Shown piece after piece: positions 28,793 through 36,830 of a stretch of DNA of 64,000 nt; the first letter of the stretch is position 1, and the number at the start of each line of letters is the position of its first letter. The translations under genes and the position numbers were made by a program. Under the pieces are notes generated by a model that saw only the letters and a program-made list of their open reading frames with translations, did not search any database and was not told where the DNA came from. The stretch lies in the NCBI GenBank assembly GCA_964563395.1, contig CAZLWK010000013.1, positions 10,000-73,999 of the forward strand. The letters run 5' to 3'. Source of the DNA: an uncultured Caulobacteraceae bacterium (GTDB lineage Bacteria > Pseudomonadota > Alphaproteobacteria > Caulobacterales > Aquidulcibacteraceae).

Positions 28793-30112
28793 CTAAAGCG
28801 CGCGCAAGCGTGGGCGCGGATCGTCCAGCAAGAGATGCGTGAGCGCCCAGACGAGCGCGTCCACGCGGTCCGGGCTGTGCGTGGACGGGCTTGCGCCGAA
28901 CGCGCACATTTCATCTTCAAGCACCGGCATCGCGCAGGCGTGCGCGATGCGGCCCTGTTCGTAAAGCCACGCCACGGGCGAGGCGCGATCGCGCTTGCCG
29001 CGCCGCGCATGCACCAGGCGCACGGGCAAATGGGGGGCGGCGAGCCGCAACACGTCGCGCACGAGTTCGCCGCCATTATTGGCCTCGGCGATAATCTCTC
29101 CGGCGCCGACCGCTTCGGCCAGCGCCGCCGCGCGCGCGCTCCAGCCTTGCGGCGTCGCGCCGCGAATGCTCGCATCGGCGAGAACGATTCCGTGCGCCAA
29201 TCCGCTTTCTTCATAGGCGCCCGCCGCGACGATGCCGCACGCATCGGCCTTCGCGCTGACGCTGACCGGCGGATCGACCGCCACGACGACGCGCGTGCAC
29301 GCCCGCAATGGCTTGGCGCGCGCCTCCTCGATCATGGCGCGCCGCCAAAGCGCGCCTTCGGGATCGTCGATCAATTCGCCGTACAATTCCTGGCGTTCAT
29401 AAGCGGTGCCGCCCCACCCTTCCTGCAATCCCTCGACGAAGGCGGGCGAGAGATTGTGCGCGTTGTCGAACGTCTTCGAACGCGTGACGGTCGTATCCTT
29501 GCGCGCGACGAGCAGCTTGAGCGCCGGAACGGGCCGCGGCGTGGTCGTCGCCAGCATCAGCGGCCGCACGCCAAGGCGCAGGCCGTGATTGAGCGTGCGC
29601 AACGCCTCTTCAAGGCGCGGCCAATAAGCGATCTCATCGCACCAGGCCGCGTCGAATTGCGGACCGCGCAGGCTTTCTGGGTCTTCCGCCGAAAAGCAAT
29701 GCGCTTCCGCGCCGCTGCGCCAGAGAAGGCGCCGGCGCGTCGCCTCGTAGATTGGCCGCTCGCCCGGAAGCGCGCGTATGCCCGATGCGCCGTCGATCAT
29801 GACTTCGCGCACATCGTGAAAAGTGGGCGCAACGAGCGCGATGCGGCGGAAGCGTCCGGTGCGCGCCTGTTCGCGCACCCATTCCGCGCCCGCGCGGGTC
29901 TTTCCCGCGCCGCGCCCGCCCAGCATGAGCCAGACCCGCCATTGCAGGCCCGTTGGTTCAAGTTGGGACGGATGCGCCCAAAGCGGCCAATCATCGAGCC
30001 ATGTCCGCAGCAAGGCCGCCGGCAGCGTCTCCAAAAAAGTCGCCCTCGCCTTGGCCGGCCGCGAAGCGAGCAAGGCGCGCACGGAGCTCAGCGCGAAGGG
30101 CGTCGACATCAT
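28793..30112 (-). CDS. terminase large subunit (GTA g2); start uncertain
   Basis: Walker A LMLGGRGAGKTRAG and a C-terminal nuclease half. Candidate starts are TTG 30154, ATG 30112/30109 and GTG 30082, and all of them overlap the g1 ORF. Confidence 0.85.
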   Translation of the reverse strand: MMSTPFALSSVRALLASRPAKARATFLETLPAALLRTWLDDWPLWAHPSQLEPTGLQWRVWLMLGGRGAGKTRAGAEWVREQARTGRFRRIALVAPTFHDVREVMIDGASGIRALPGERPIYEATRRRLLWRSGAEAHCFSAEDPESLRGPQFDAAWCDEIAYWPRLEEALRTLNHGLRLGVRPLMLATTTPRPVPALKLLVARKDTTVTRSKTFDNAHNLSPAFVEGLQEGWGGTAYERQELYGELIDDPEGALWRRAMIEEARAKPLRACTRVVVAVDPPVSVSAKADACGIVAAGAYEESGLAHGIVLADASIRGATPQGWSARAAALAEAVGAGEIIAEANNGGELVRDVLRLAAPHLPVRLVHARRGKRDRASPVAWLYEQGRIAHACAMPVLEDEMCAFGASPSTHSPDRVDALVWALTHLLLDDPRPRLRAL

Positions 30113-30329
30113 CCTCCTCGGGCGCTTGGCGATCGAGCGCGTACAATTCGGCAAGGTCGCGCGCGGCGCGCGCCATCAGCACCACCGCCTTGGCGCGGCG
30201 CTCGGCGTCCTCGCTATCGCCGGCGGCCAGGCTGGCTTCGGCGCGCGCGAGCTCCGTTTCGAGCCGGCTGGCCCAGGCGCCGGGGCGGCGCGGGCCCTTG
30301 GAAGCGGATTTTTCGACCATGCCGAACAT
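29991..30329 (-). CDS. GTA g1-like small protein (small-terminase position)
   Basis: 112 aa helical, charged ORF at the head of the cluster. Assignment is by position and size only. Confidence 0.55.
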   Translation of the reverse strand: MFGMVEKSASKGPRRPGAWASRLETELARAEASLAAGDSEDAERRAKAVVLMARAARDLAELYALDRQAPEEDDVDALRAELRARLARFAAGQGEGDFFGDAAGGLAADMAR

Positions 30330-30519
30330 TAGCCGCGGGACCGGCCCGGTCGGATCGTTTCGGGCGATGGCATTGCTTTCAAAGGGAAGCTAGCGCGCGG
30401 GGCGTGGGACGGCGTGGGGCTTTGTCCTTCGAACGGAACCAAGAGCGGCTGGCCAGATTTTGGCCATGGGGCTATGCCAAGGCTGTTTTCCCCGCCCATT
30501 TCTGAACGGAGCGACGAAC

Positions 30520-32541
30520 GTGGCCGATGATCCGCGCCGCTTGGACTGGTCCAAGCTGCGCGCCCAGCTTTCGAGCGAGCATCTCGGCGCCCTCATGCGC
30601 CAGCGGGACAAGATTTCGCTGGCGTCGGCCGCGGGCGTTGGGGCGGGCTTGGCGCTCGCCGCGGTCGTCGCCGCCTGGTTTTGGATCTATTGGGGCCTGC
30701 CGCGCGTGCCCGACGCGGCCACCCTCTGGTCGCTCAACCGGCAGCCGGGAATCACCTTTCTTGACCGCAATGGCGCCACCATCGGCGTGCGCGGCGCCTT
30801 TTACGGGCGCCGCCTCTCGCTCGACGAAATGCCCGCGCACCTGCCCCAGGCGTTCCTGGCGATCGAGGATCGCCGCTTCTACGAACATTCGGGCGTCGAC
30901 CGCATGGCGGTGATCCGCGCCGTATTCGCCAATATGAGCGCGGGCCGCACCGTCCAGGGCGGCTCCACCATCTCGCAGCAATTGGCGCGCAACCTCTTTC
31001 TCACGCCCGCGCAGACCGTGAACCGCAAGCTGCGCGAAATGGTGCTCGCCTCGCGCATCGAGCGGCGCCTGACGAAGGATGAAATCCTCGAACTCTATCT
31101 GAACCGCGTCTATCTCGGCGACGCGGCCTATGGCGTGGAAGCCGCCTCGCGCCGCTTCTTCGGCAAAGAGGTGGCGCAGCTCACCTTGGCCGAGGCGGCC
31201 ATGCTCGCGGGGCTGCCCAAGGCGCCGTCGCGCTCGGCGCCGACGGAAAGCCTCGAGCGCGCCACCGCGCGCCAGCACGTCGTGCTCGCGGCGATGGTGG
31301 AAGCCGGTTTCATCACGCAGGAGGAAGCCGACACCGCCAAGGCGCAGCGCATTCGCGTGCGCCGTCGCTCCGGCAACGAGGATTCGCTCGGCTATGTGTT
31401 CGACATGGCGGCCGAGCAGGCCCGTCAGCTCATTCCCGAACAGGCGAGCGATCTCGTCATCACGCTGACGATCGACAATGATTTGCAGAGCGCATCGGAG
31501 GACGCGGTCAAGCGACGGCTGGGCAACCGCGCCTTCGGCCGGCGCCCGCTTCAGGCGGCGCTCGTCGCGCTCGATCGCGATGGCGCGGTGCGGGCCTTGA
31601 TCGGGGGCACCAATTACAGCGCCACGAAATTCAATCGCGCCACGCAAGCCGAACGCCAGCCCGGCTCCACCTTCAAGGCCTTCGTGTACGCCGCGGCCCT
31701 CGAACGCGGTCTCGACACGGAAGACGTGCGCTATGACGAGCCGGTCGTGATCGACGGCTGGCGCCCGCGCAATTACGATGAAGGCCATCGCGGCCCGGTG
31801 ACGCTGCGCACCGCGTTCGCGCAATCCATCAATACGGTGGCCGCCAGCGTGGTCGAGGAGGTCGGACCGCAAAACGTCGCGGAGCTCGCGCGCCGCTTCG
31901 GCGTGCGCACGATGCCCAATCGCGGTGAATTCGTGCCGCCCTCCATCGCGCTTGGCTCCATCGAGGTGACGCTGCTCGATCTCACGCAGGCCTTCGCCGT
32001 GTTCATGCGCGAAGGTCAGCCTGTCGACGCCTATCTGATCGAGCGCGTCGCCAACGCCAGCGGCGAGGAGCTTTATCGCCGGCCCGCGCCGCAAGCGCGC
32101 CGGGCCGTCTACGCGCCGGAATTGGCGCACGACATGACCAGCCTTTTAGGCGCTGTCGTGCTGCGCGGCACCGGCACGGGCGCGCAATTGGAAGGGCGCG
32201 ACGTCGCCGGCAAGACCGGCACCAGCCAGGATTGGCGCGACGCATGGTTCGTCGGCTACACCGCCGATTATGTCAGCGGCGTCTGGATCGGCCATGACGA
32301 TCGCTCCCCGATGAACCGCGTCACCGGCGGCTCCATCCCAACGCAGATCTGGGCCGATTCCATGCGCGCGGCGCATGAGGGCCTGCCGGCGCGCCCGCTC
32401 GTGGGCATCGAGCAGCCGCAGCGCAGCCCGCGCCAGATCGAGATGGCGAGCTTCTTCCAGGATCTGGCGGAAGCCTTCGGCGGCGCGGAAATCATCGACG
32501 AACTTGAACCGGAATCCGGCATCACCTTCGAGTTTCAATAG
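30520..32541 (+). CDS. class A penicillin-binding protein (PBP1A family transglycosylase/transpeptidase)
   Basis: GT51 motifs AIEDRRFYEHSGVD and RKLRE. Transpeptidase motifs STFK, SIN, KTGT. Start taken at GTG 30520 (GGAG 8 nt upstream); TTG 30460 is also possible. Confidence 0.9.
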   Translation: MADDPRRLDWSKLRAQLSSEHLGALMRQRDKISLASAAGVGAGLALAAVVAAWFWIYWGLPRVPDAATLWSLNRQPGITFLDRNGATIGVRGAFYGRRLSLDEMPAHLPQAFLAIEDRRFYEHSGVDRMAVIRAVFANMSAGRTVQGGSTISQQLARNLFLTPAQTVNRKLREMVLASRIERRLTKDEILELYLNRVYLGDAAYGVEAASRRFFGKEVAQLTLAEAAMLAGLPKAPSRSAPTESLERATARQHVVLAAMVEAGFITQEEADTAKAQRIRVRRRSGNEDSLGYVFDMAAEQARQLIPEQASDLVITLTIDNDLQSASEDAVKRRLGNRAFGRRPLQAALVALDRDGAVRALIGGTNYSATKFNRATQAERQPGSTFKAFVYAAALERGLDTEDVRYDEPVVIDGWRPRNYDEGHRGPVTLRTAFAQSINTVAASVVEEVGPQNVAELARRFGVRTMPNRGEFVPPSIALGSIEVTLLDLTQAFAVFMREGQPVDAYLIERVANASGEELYRRPAPQARRAVYAPELAHDMTSLLGAVVLRGTGTGAQLEGRDVAGKTGTSQDWRDAWFVGYTADYVSGVWIGHDDRSPMNRVTGGSIPTQIWADSMRAAHEGLPARPLVGIEQPQRSPRQIEMASFFQDLAEAFGGAEIIDELEPESGITFEFQ

Positions 32542-32550
32542 GCCGGCGCG

Positions 32551-34371
32551 ATGAGCAAGGGGCGGGCGCTGGCGCAATTCAAGGACGTGCGCCTGATGAT
32601 GGGCGCGGCGGCGCTGTTCGACGGCGTGAGCGCCGTGCTGGCCGAGGGCGAGTGCGCGTGTCTCGTCGGCGATAATGGCGTGGGCAAATCAACCTTGATG
32701 CGCATGCTGGCGGGCTATGTGGAGCCGGACGGCGGGGAGATCGTGCTCGCCAACGGCGCCGCCATCGCATTCGCCGCGCAAGAGCCCGATCTGTCGCCGT
32801 ACGCCACGCTGCGTGACGCCGTGCTTGCGCCATCGGCCGCGCGCGGCGCGAACATGGCCACTCCGGCGCACGCGGCGGAGGCCGCGCTGCATTCTTTCGG
32901 CCTCGACCCCGCGCGCTCGCCCAAGGGTCTTTCGGGCGGCGAAACGCGGCGCGTCTCCTTGGCGCGCGCCTTCGCCGCCGACGCCGATCTCCTTCTGCTC
33001 GACGAGCCCACCAATCATCTCGACATTCCCGCCATCGAAGCGCTGGAGGAACGCATCAAGGCCCATCGCGGCGGCGTTCTGGTGATCAGCCACGATCGGC
33101 GCTTTCTGGAGCGCATCTCCACGGCCACGATCTGGCTGCGCCAGAAGCGCGCGCTGCGCCATGAGCGCGGTTTCGCTACGTTCGACGATTGGGCCGAACG
33201 CATCGAAGCCGAGGAGGCGCGCGCGCTCGCCCGCCTTGAAACGCATCTGGCCGCCGAGGAGCATTGGCTGCGCCGCGGCGTCACCGCCCGGCGTTCACGC
33301 AATGAAGGCCGACGGCGTAAACTCGAAGCGCTGCGCGCGGAGCGGCGCACGCGGCTGCGCGAAAGCGGCGGCGCGCGCGCATCGATCGAATCCGAACGCG
33401 GCGAGGCGCAATCGCGCCTGGTGCTCGAGGCGAAGACTATCGGCAAAGCCTATGGCCCTCGAACAATCGTGCGCGACCTCAATTTGCGTGTTCTGCGCGG
33501 GGATCGCATCGGCATTGTCGGGCCGAACGGCGCCGGCAAGACCACGCTCCTCGAAATCCTGCTGGGCCGCCTCGAACCCGATTCAGGAACCGTGCGGCTC
33601 AATCGCGCGCTGGAGATCGCCTACGTGGATCAAAACCGCGCCCTCCTCGATCCGAACGACACGATCTGGGAGGCGCTTGCGCCGCAAGGCGGCGATCAAG
33701 TGATGGTGCGCGGCCGCCCGCGCCATGTCGCCGGTTACGCCAAGGAGTTTCTTTTTCAGCCGACACAATTGCGTCAGCCGATCGGATCGCTGTCCGGCGG
33801 CGAGCGCAATCGCCTCGCGCTCGCCGTGTCCTTGACCAAGAAGGCCGACGTTCTCGTGCTCGACGAGCCCACCAACGATTTGGACATGGATACACTGGAC
33901 GCGCTCGAGGACATGCTCGCCCAATTCGAGGGGACGGTCCTGATCGTCAGCCACGACCGCGCCTTCCTCGACGCTGTGACGACGCAAATTCTCGGCGCGC
34001 TCGGCGATGGCGCATGGGTGGAGACGCCGGGCGGTTGGCGCGACTTCGAGCGTGAATATGGCGGCTTTCGCCCGCGCATGGGCGAGGCGGCCCCAGCGCG
34101 CCCCGCCGCCGATCCGCGCGCGCCCCGCGTGCAGCGCAAGCTGAGCTACAAGGACGAGCGCCGCGCCGTCGAGATCGAGGCGCTGCTTCCGCGTCTCGAC
34201 GCGGAAATCGCCGCGCTCGATGCGGCGCTTTCCGAGGACGGCGCCTTCGCGCGCGATCCGGCGCGCTATGAAAAGCAGGCGCGGCGCCTGGACGCGGCGC
34301 GTCTGGAGAAGGACGAGGCCGAGACAGAATGGCTGGAGATCGAGGCGCGGCGCGAGGCGCTGAAGGATTGA
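32551..34371 (+). CDS. ABC-F family ATPase (Uup-like)
   Basis: Two ABC cassettes (GDNGVGKST/LSGGETRR and GPNGAGKTT/LSGGERNR), charged linker, C-terminal coiled coil, no TM domain. Confidence 0.9.
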   Translation: MSKGRALAQFKDVRLMMGAAALFDGVSAVLAEGECACLVGDNGVGKSTLMRMLAGYVEPDGGEIVLANGAAIAFAAQEPDLSPYATLRDAVLAPSAARGANMATPAHAAEAALHSFGLDPARSPKGLSGGETRRVSLARAFAADADLLLLDEPTNHLDIPAIEALEERIKAHRGGVLVISHDRRFLERISTATIWLRQKRALRHERGFATFDDWAERIEAEEARALARLETHLAAEEHWLRRGVTARRSRNEGRRRKLEALRAERRTRLRESGGARASIESERGEAQSRLVLEAKTIGKAYGPRTIVRDLNLRVLRGDRIGIVGPNGAGKTTLLEILLGRLEPDSGTVRLNRALEIAYVDQNRALLDPNDTIWEALAPQGGDQVMVRGRPRHVAGYAKEFLFQPTQLRQPIGSLSGGERNRLALAVSLTKKADVLVLDEPTNDLDMDTLDALEDMLAQFEGTVLIVSHDRAFLDAVTTQILGALGDGAWVETPGGWRDFEREYGGFRPRMGEAAPARPAADPRAPRVQRKLSYKDERRAVEIEALLPRLDAEIAALDAALSEDGAFARDPARYEKQARRLDAARLEKDEAETEWLEIEARREALKD

Positions 34372-34417
34372 GCAGAAAAATTAAGGTTTGTTAACCGGTG
34401 CGCGATGGGATGGGATC

Positions 34418-34861
34418 ATGCGCCCACTACTCGTGCTCACCGCTGCTCTCCTGCTCTCCGGCGCGGGACCGACGATGGAGCAGGACATCGCGCGGCCAGG
34501 CGGCGTCTATAGCTCCATGCCCACGCAAGACGCCGGCGCCTGCGCGCGCGCCTGCGCCGAGGATGGCCTTTGCATGGCTTGGACATTCGCCGCGGGCGCC
34601 TGCGATCTCAAAGCTATCGCGCCTAATCCGCAGGCTTATGTGGGCGCGATCTCCGGCCTTTCAGCGCGCGCGCCCGCCTTCGCGCGCTTGGTCGCGCCCC
34701 CTCCATCCGCGTCCCCGCCGTCCGCGCCGCCACTGGATGCGCAATTGCGCGGTCCCACGACGCCGCCCGACTGGCGCGACACGGCCGCGCCCGCCGCCCC
34801 GCCGGAGGATTATGGTCTGCTCGGCGGGCCAATCGCTTATGCGCCGTTAACATCGCGGTGA
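34418..34861 (+). CDS. exported PAN/Apple-like Cys domain protein with Pro-rich tail
   Basis: Start at MRPLLVLTAALLLSGAG. ACARACAEDGLCMAWTFAAGACDLK pattern, then a PPPSASPPSAPP tail. Confidence 0.5.
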   Translation: MRPLLVLTAALLLSGAGPTMEQDIARPGGVYSSMPTQDAGACARACAEDGLCMAWTFAAGACDLKAIAPNPQAYVGAISGLSARAPAFARLVAPPPSASPPSAPPLDAQLRGPTTPPDWRDTAAPAAPPEDYGLLGGPIAYAPLTSR

Positions 34862-34918
34862 CCTGTACGGATTGTTTACGACCCGCTTTTAGGGTCGTCC
34901 CGGATTTGGAGCCGCCTT

Positions 34919-36007
34919 ATGACCGCCCAGCGCTTCGCCCGGCTGATGGACCTCGCCCACGCCAAGGATGGCGAGCAGCGGCGCGTCCTGTTGCGCGAGG
35001 TGACCGACCTCTTCTTTGAAACCAGCGACACGCGCAGCCATTCGGAATCCGATCTTTTCGGACAAGTGCTGCAATTGGTGGCGGCCGAAATGCAGGACGG
35101 CGTCTTGGCCGAACTCGCCGAACGATTCGCCGATGCGCCGGACGCGCCGCTCGGCCTGATGCGCGATCTGGCCAATCATTCGATCTCAGTCGCGGGCCCG
35201 GTGCTGAAGCGCTCAAAGGCGCTGGACGATTCCGCGCTGCTGCAGATCGTCAAATATCAGAGCCAGGGCCATATCCATGCCGTGGCGCAGCGCGAATCCG
35301 TGAGCGAGGCGCTTTCCGAAGCCATCGTCCAGTTCGGCGACGACAACGCGCTCGGCGCGTTGATCCGCAATGACGGCGCGCGCCTTTCGCGCGGCAGCAT
35401 GGAGGTCGCGGTCGACCGCGCACGCCGGAACGTCGCGTTGCATGAAGCGGTGGTGCGCCGCGGGGACCTGCCGCTCGATCTCCTCAACGAGATGTATTTC
35501 GTGGTCGAGAGCCGACTGCGCGCGGAAATTCTCACGCGCAACGATTCCGTGGACCCAGCGGCGTTGGACGCGGCGCTGGCGCGCACGCGCGATCGGATGC
35601 GCAAAACGGCGGACCAGCTCAGCGACGAGGCGCGCAAGGCCATCGCCTTCGTTCGTCACAAGAAGCAAACCAACGAACTCAATGCGCGCCTGGTGATCGG
35701 CCTTTATCGCGAGGGAAAGCGCCAGCATTTTCTTCATGGCCTGTCGGAATTGATCCATCTCGACGTGGAGACCACCGCCGATCTCATCGACCGCAAGGAC
35801 ATAGATGGCCTCGCCATGGCGTGCCGCGCGGCGGAAATCGAGCGCCCGCTTTTCGTCACGCTGGCGGTGCTCGCGTGCGGCGGCGATGAAGCGATGGCGC
35901 GCGCGGAGGAATTCGGGCGTCTTTACTCCGCCGTGCCCGTTCAAGCCGCCCAGCGCGCGATGCGTTTCTTCAAGGTGCGCAAAGCCGCCGCCAAGGAAGC
36001 GGCCTAG
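34919..36007 (+). CDS. DUF2336-like alpha-helical repeat protein
   Basis: 362 aa. N-terminal RFARLMDLAHAKDGEQRRVLLREVTDLFF pattern as remembered for DUF2336. No catalytic motif. Confidence 0.6.
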   Translation: MTAQRFARLMDLAHAKDGEQRRVLLREVTDLFFETSDTRSHSESDLFGQVLQLVAAEMQDGVLAELAERFADAPDAPLGLMRDLANHSISVAGPVLKRSKALDDSALLQIVKYQSQGHIHAVAQRESVSEALSEAIVQFGDDNALGALIRNDGARLSRGSMEVAVDRARRNVALHEAVVRRGDLPLDLLNEMYFVVESRLRAEILTRNDSVDPAALDAALARTRDRMRKTADQLSDEARKAIAFVRHKKQTNELNARLVIGLYREGKRQHFLHGLSELIHLDVETTADLIDRKDIDGLAMACRAAEIERPLFVTLAVLACGGDEAMARAEEFGRLYSAVPVQAAQRAMRFFKVRKAAAKEAA

Positions 36008-36762
36008 AGCGTCTGGCCATCATCCAGCGTGAAGACCGAGCCGGTCACGGCGCGCGAGGCGTCCGAGGAAAGAAACACGATCGTCTCATCGAGATCGCTT
36101 TCCTCCATGAGGCGGCGACGCGGAAACGAAGCGATCTGTTTTTGCCCGCCCTCGCTGTCGAACCAGTCCGCATTAAGCTCCGTCCTTATATAGCCGGGGC
36201 AGACGATGTTCACGTTGACGCCGCGATTGATCCATTCGCGCGCCATCGCCTTCCCCATCATCGCGACGGCAGCTTTCGACGCGCAATAAGCGGCAAGGCC
36301 CGGCAGCACCTTCACCGCGCCGATCGACGCGACGAGCACGATCCGACCGCGCGCGCCCTCCTTCACGCCCGCGGCGATCATGCGCCGGGCGCCTTCCCGC
36401 GCCGTGAGAAACGCGCCGCGTACGTTCACGGCCATCACCCGATCGAATTCGGCGACGGGAATTTCAACGGCCATGCCTTCGCTGTTCATGCCGGCATTGG
36501 CGATCACCGTTTCAAGCGGGCCGAGCGCCTCTTGCGCCTTGTCGAAGGCGGCGATGACGGAGGCCTCGTCCGTCACGTCCATGCCGCAGGCGATCGCGCG
36601 CCCGCCGGCGGCCTCGATCTCCCGCACCAGCGATTGCAGCATGTCCGTGCGTCGCGCGGCCACGGCCAAGGCGGCGCCCTCGGCAGCGAGACGCAAAGCG
36701 AAGCGACGCCCCAATCCCGAGGACGCCCCCGTAACCAGAACCGATCGGCCCTTCATGCGCAT
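36004..36762 (-). CDS. SDR-family oxidoreductase
   Basis: TGASSGLG cofactor motif and the YCASKAA active site. Confidence 0.9.
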   Translation of the reverse strand: MRMKGRSVLVTGASSGLGRRFALRLAAEGAALAVAARRTDMLQSLVREIEAAGGRAIACGMDVTDEASVIAAFDKAQEALGPLETVIANAGMNSEGMAVEIPVAEFDRVMAVNVRGAFLTAREGARRMIAAGVKEGARGRIVLVASIGAVKVLPGLAAYCASKAAVAMMGKAMAREWINRGVNVNIVCPGYIRTELNADWFDSEGGQKQIASFPRRRLMEESDLDETIVFLSSDASRAVTGSVFTLDDGQTL

Positions 36763-36830
36763 GCGAAATCCTCCTGGCGGGCGGTCTTAACGCCGAAGCA
36801 GAATTTCGCCAGCGCTTTCCGCTTGCGCCC

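Larger units (their letters stand above)
17121..30329 (-). other. RcGTA-type gene transfer agent structural gene cluster (g1 to g15 order)
   Basis: 17 co-directional, mostly overlapping ORFs in canonical head-to-tail order. No integrase, repressor, replication or lysis genes. Confidence 0.85.

Noticed and set aside
17121-30329. Possibility that the phage-like cluster is a prophage or satellite.
   Set aside because: It has only head, tail and packaging genes in GTA order, about 13 kb in total. There is no integrase, repressor, replication or lysis gene. There is no adjacent tRNA or visible att repeat, and GC and codon style match the flanks.
27722-30505. 927-aa plus-strand ORF spanning the portal and terminase region.
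   Set aside because: It is antisense to two genes with unmistakable phage motifs. The product is Arg/Ala/Gly-rich low complexity with no motif. This is the typical shadow ORF of very GC-rich DNA.
34381-34394. TTAAGGTTTGTTAA upstream of the PAN-like gene, considered as a CtrA box.
   Set aside because: The spacing is N6, not the canonical TTAA-N7-TTAA. It is a single occurrence, and no such element lies upstream of the GTA cluster.
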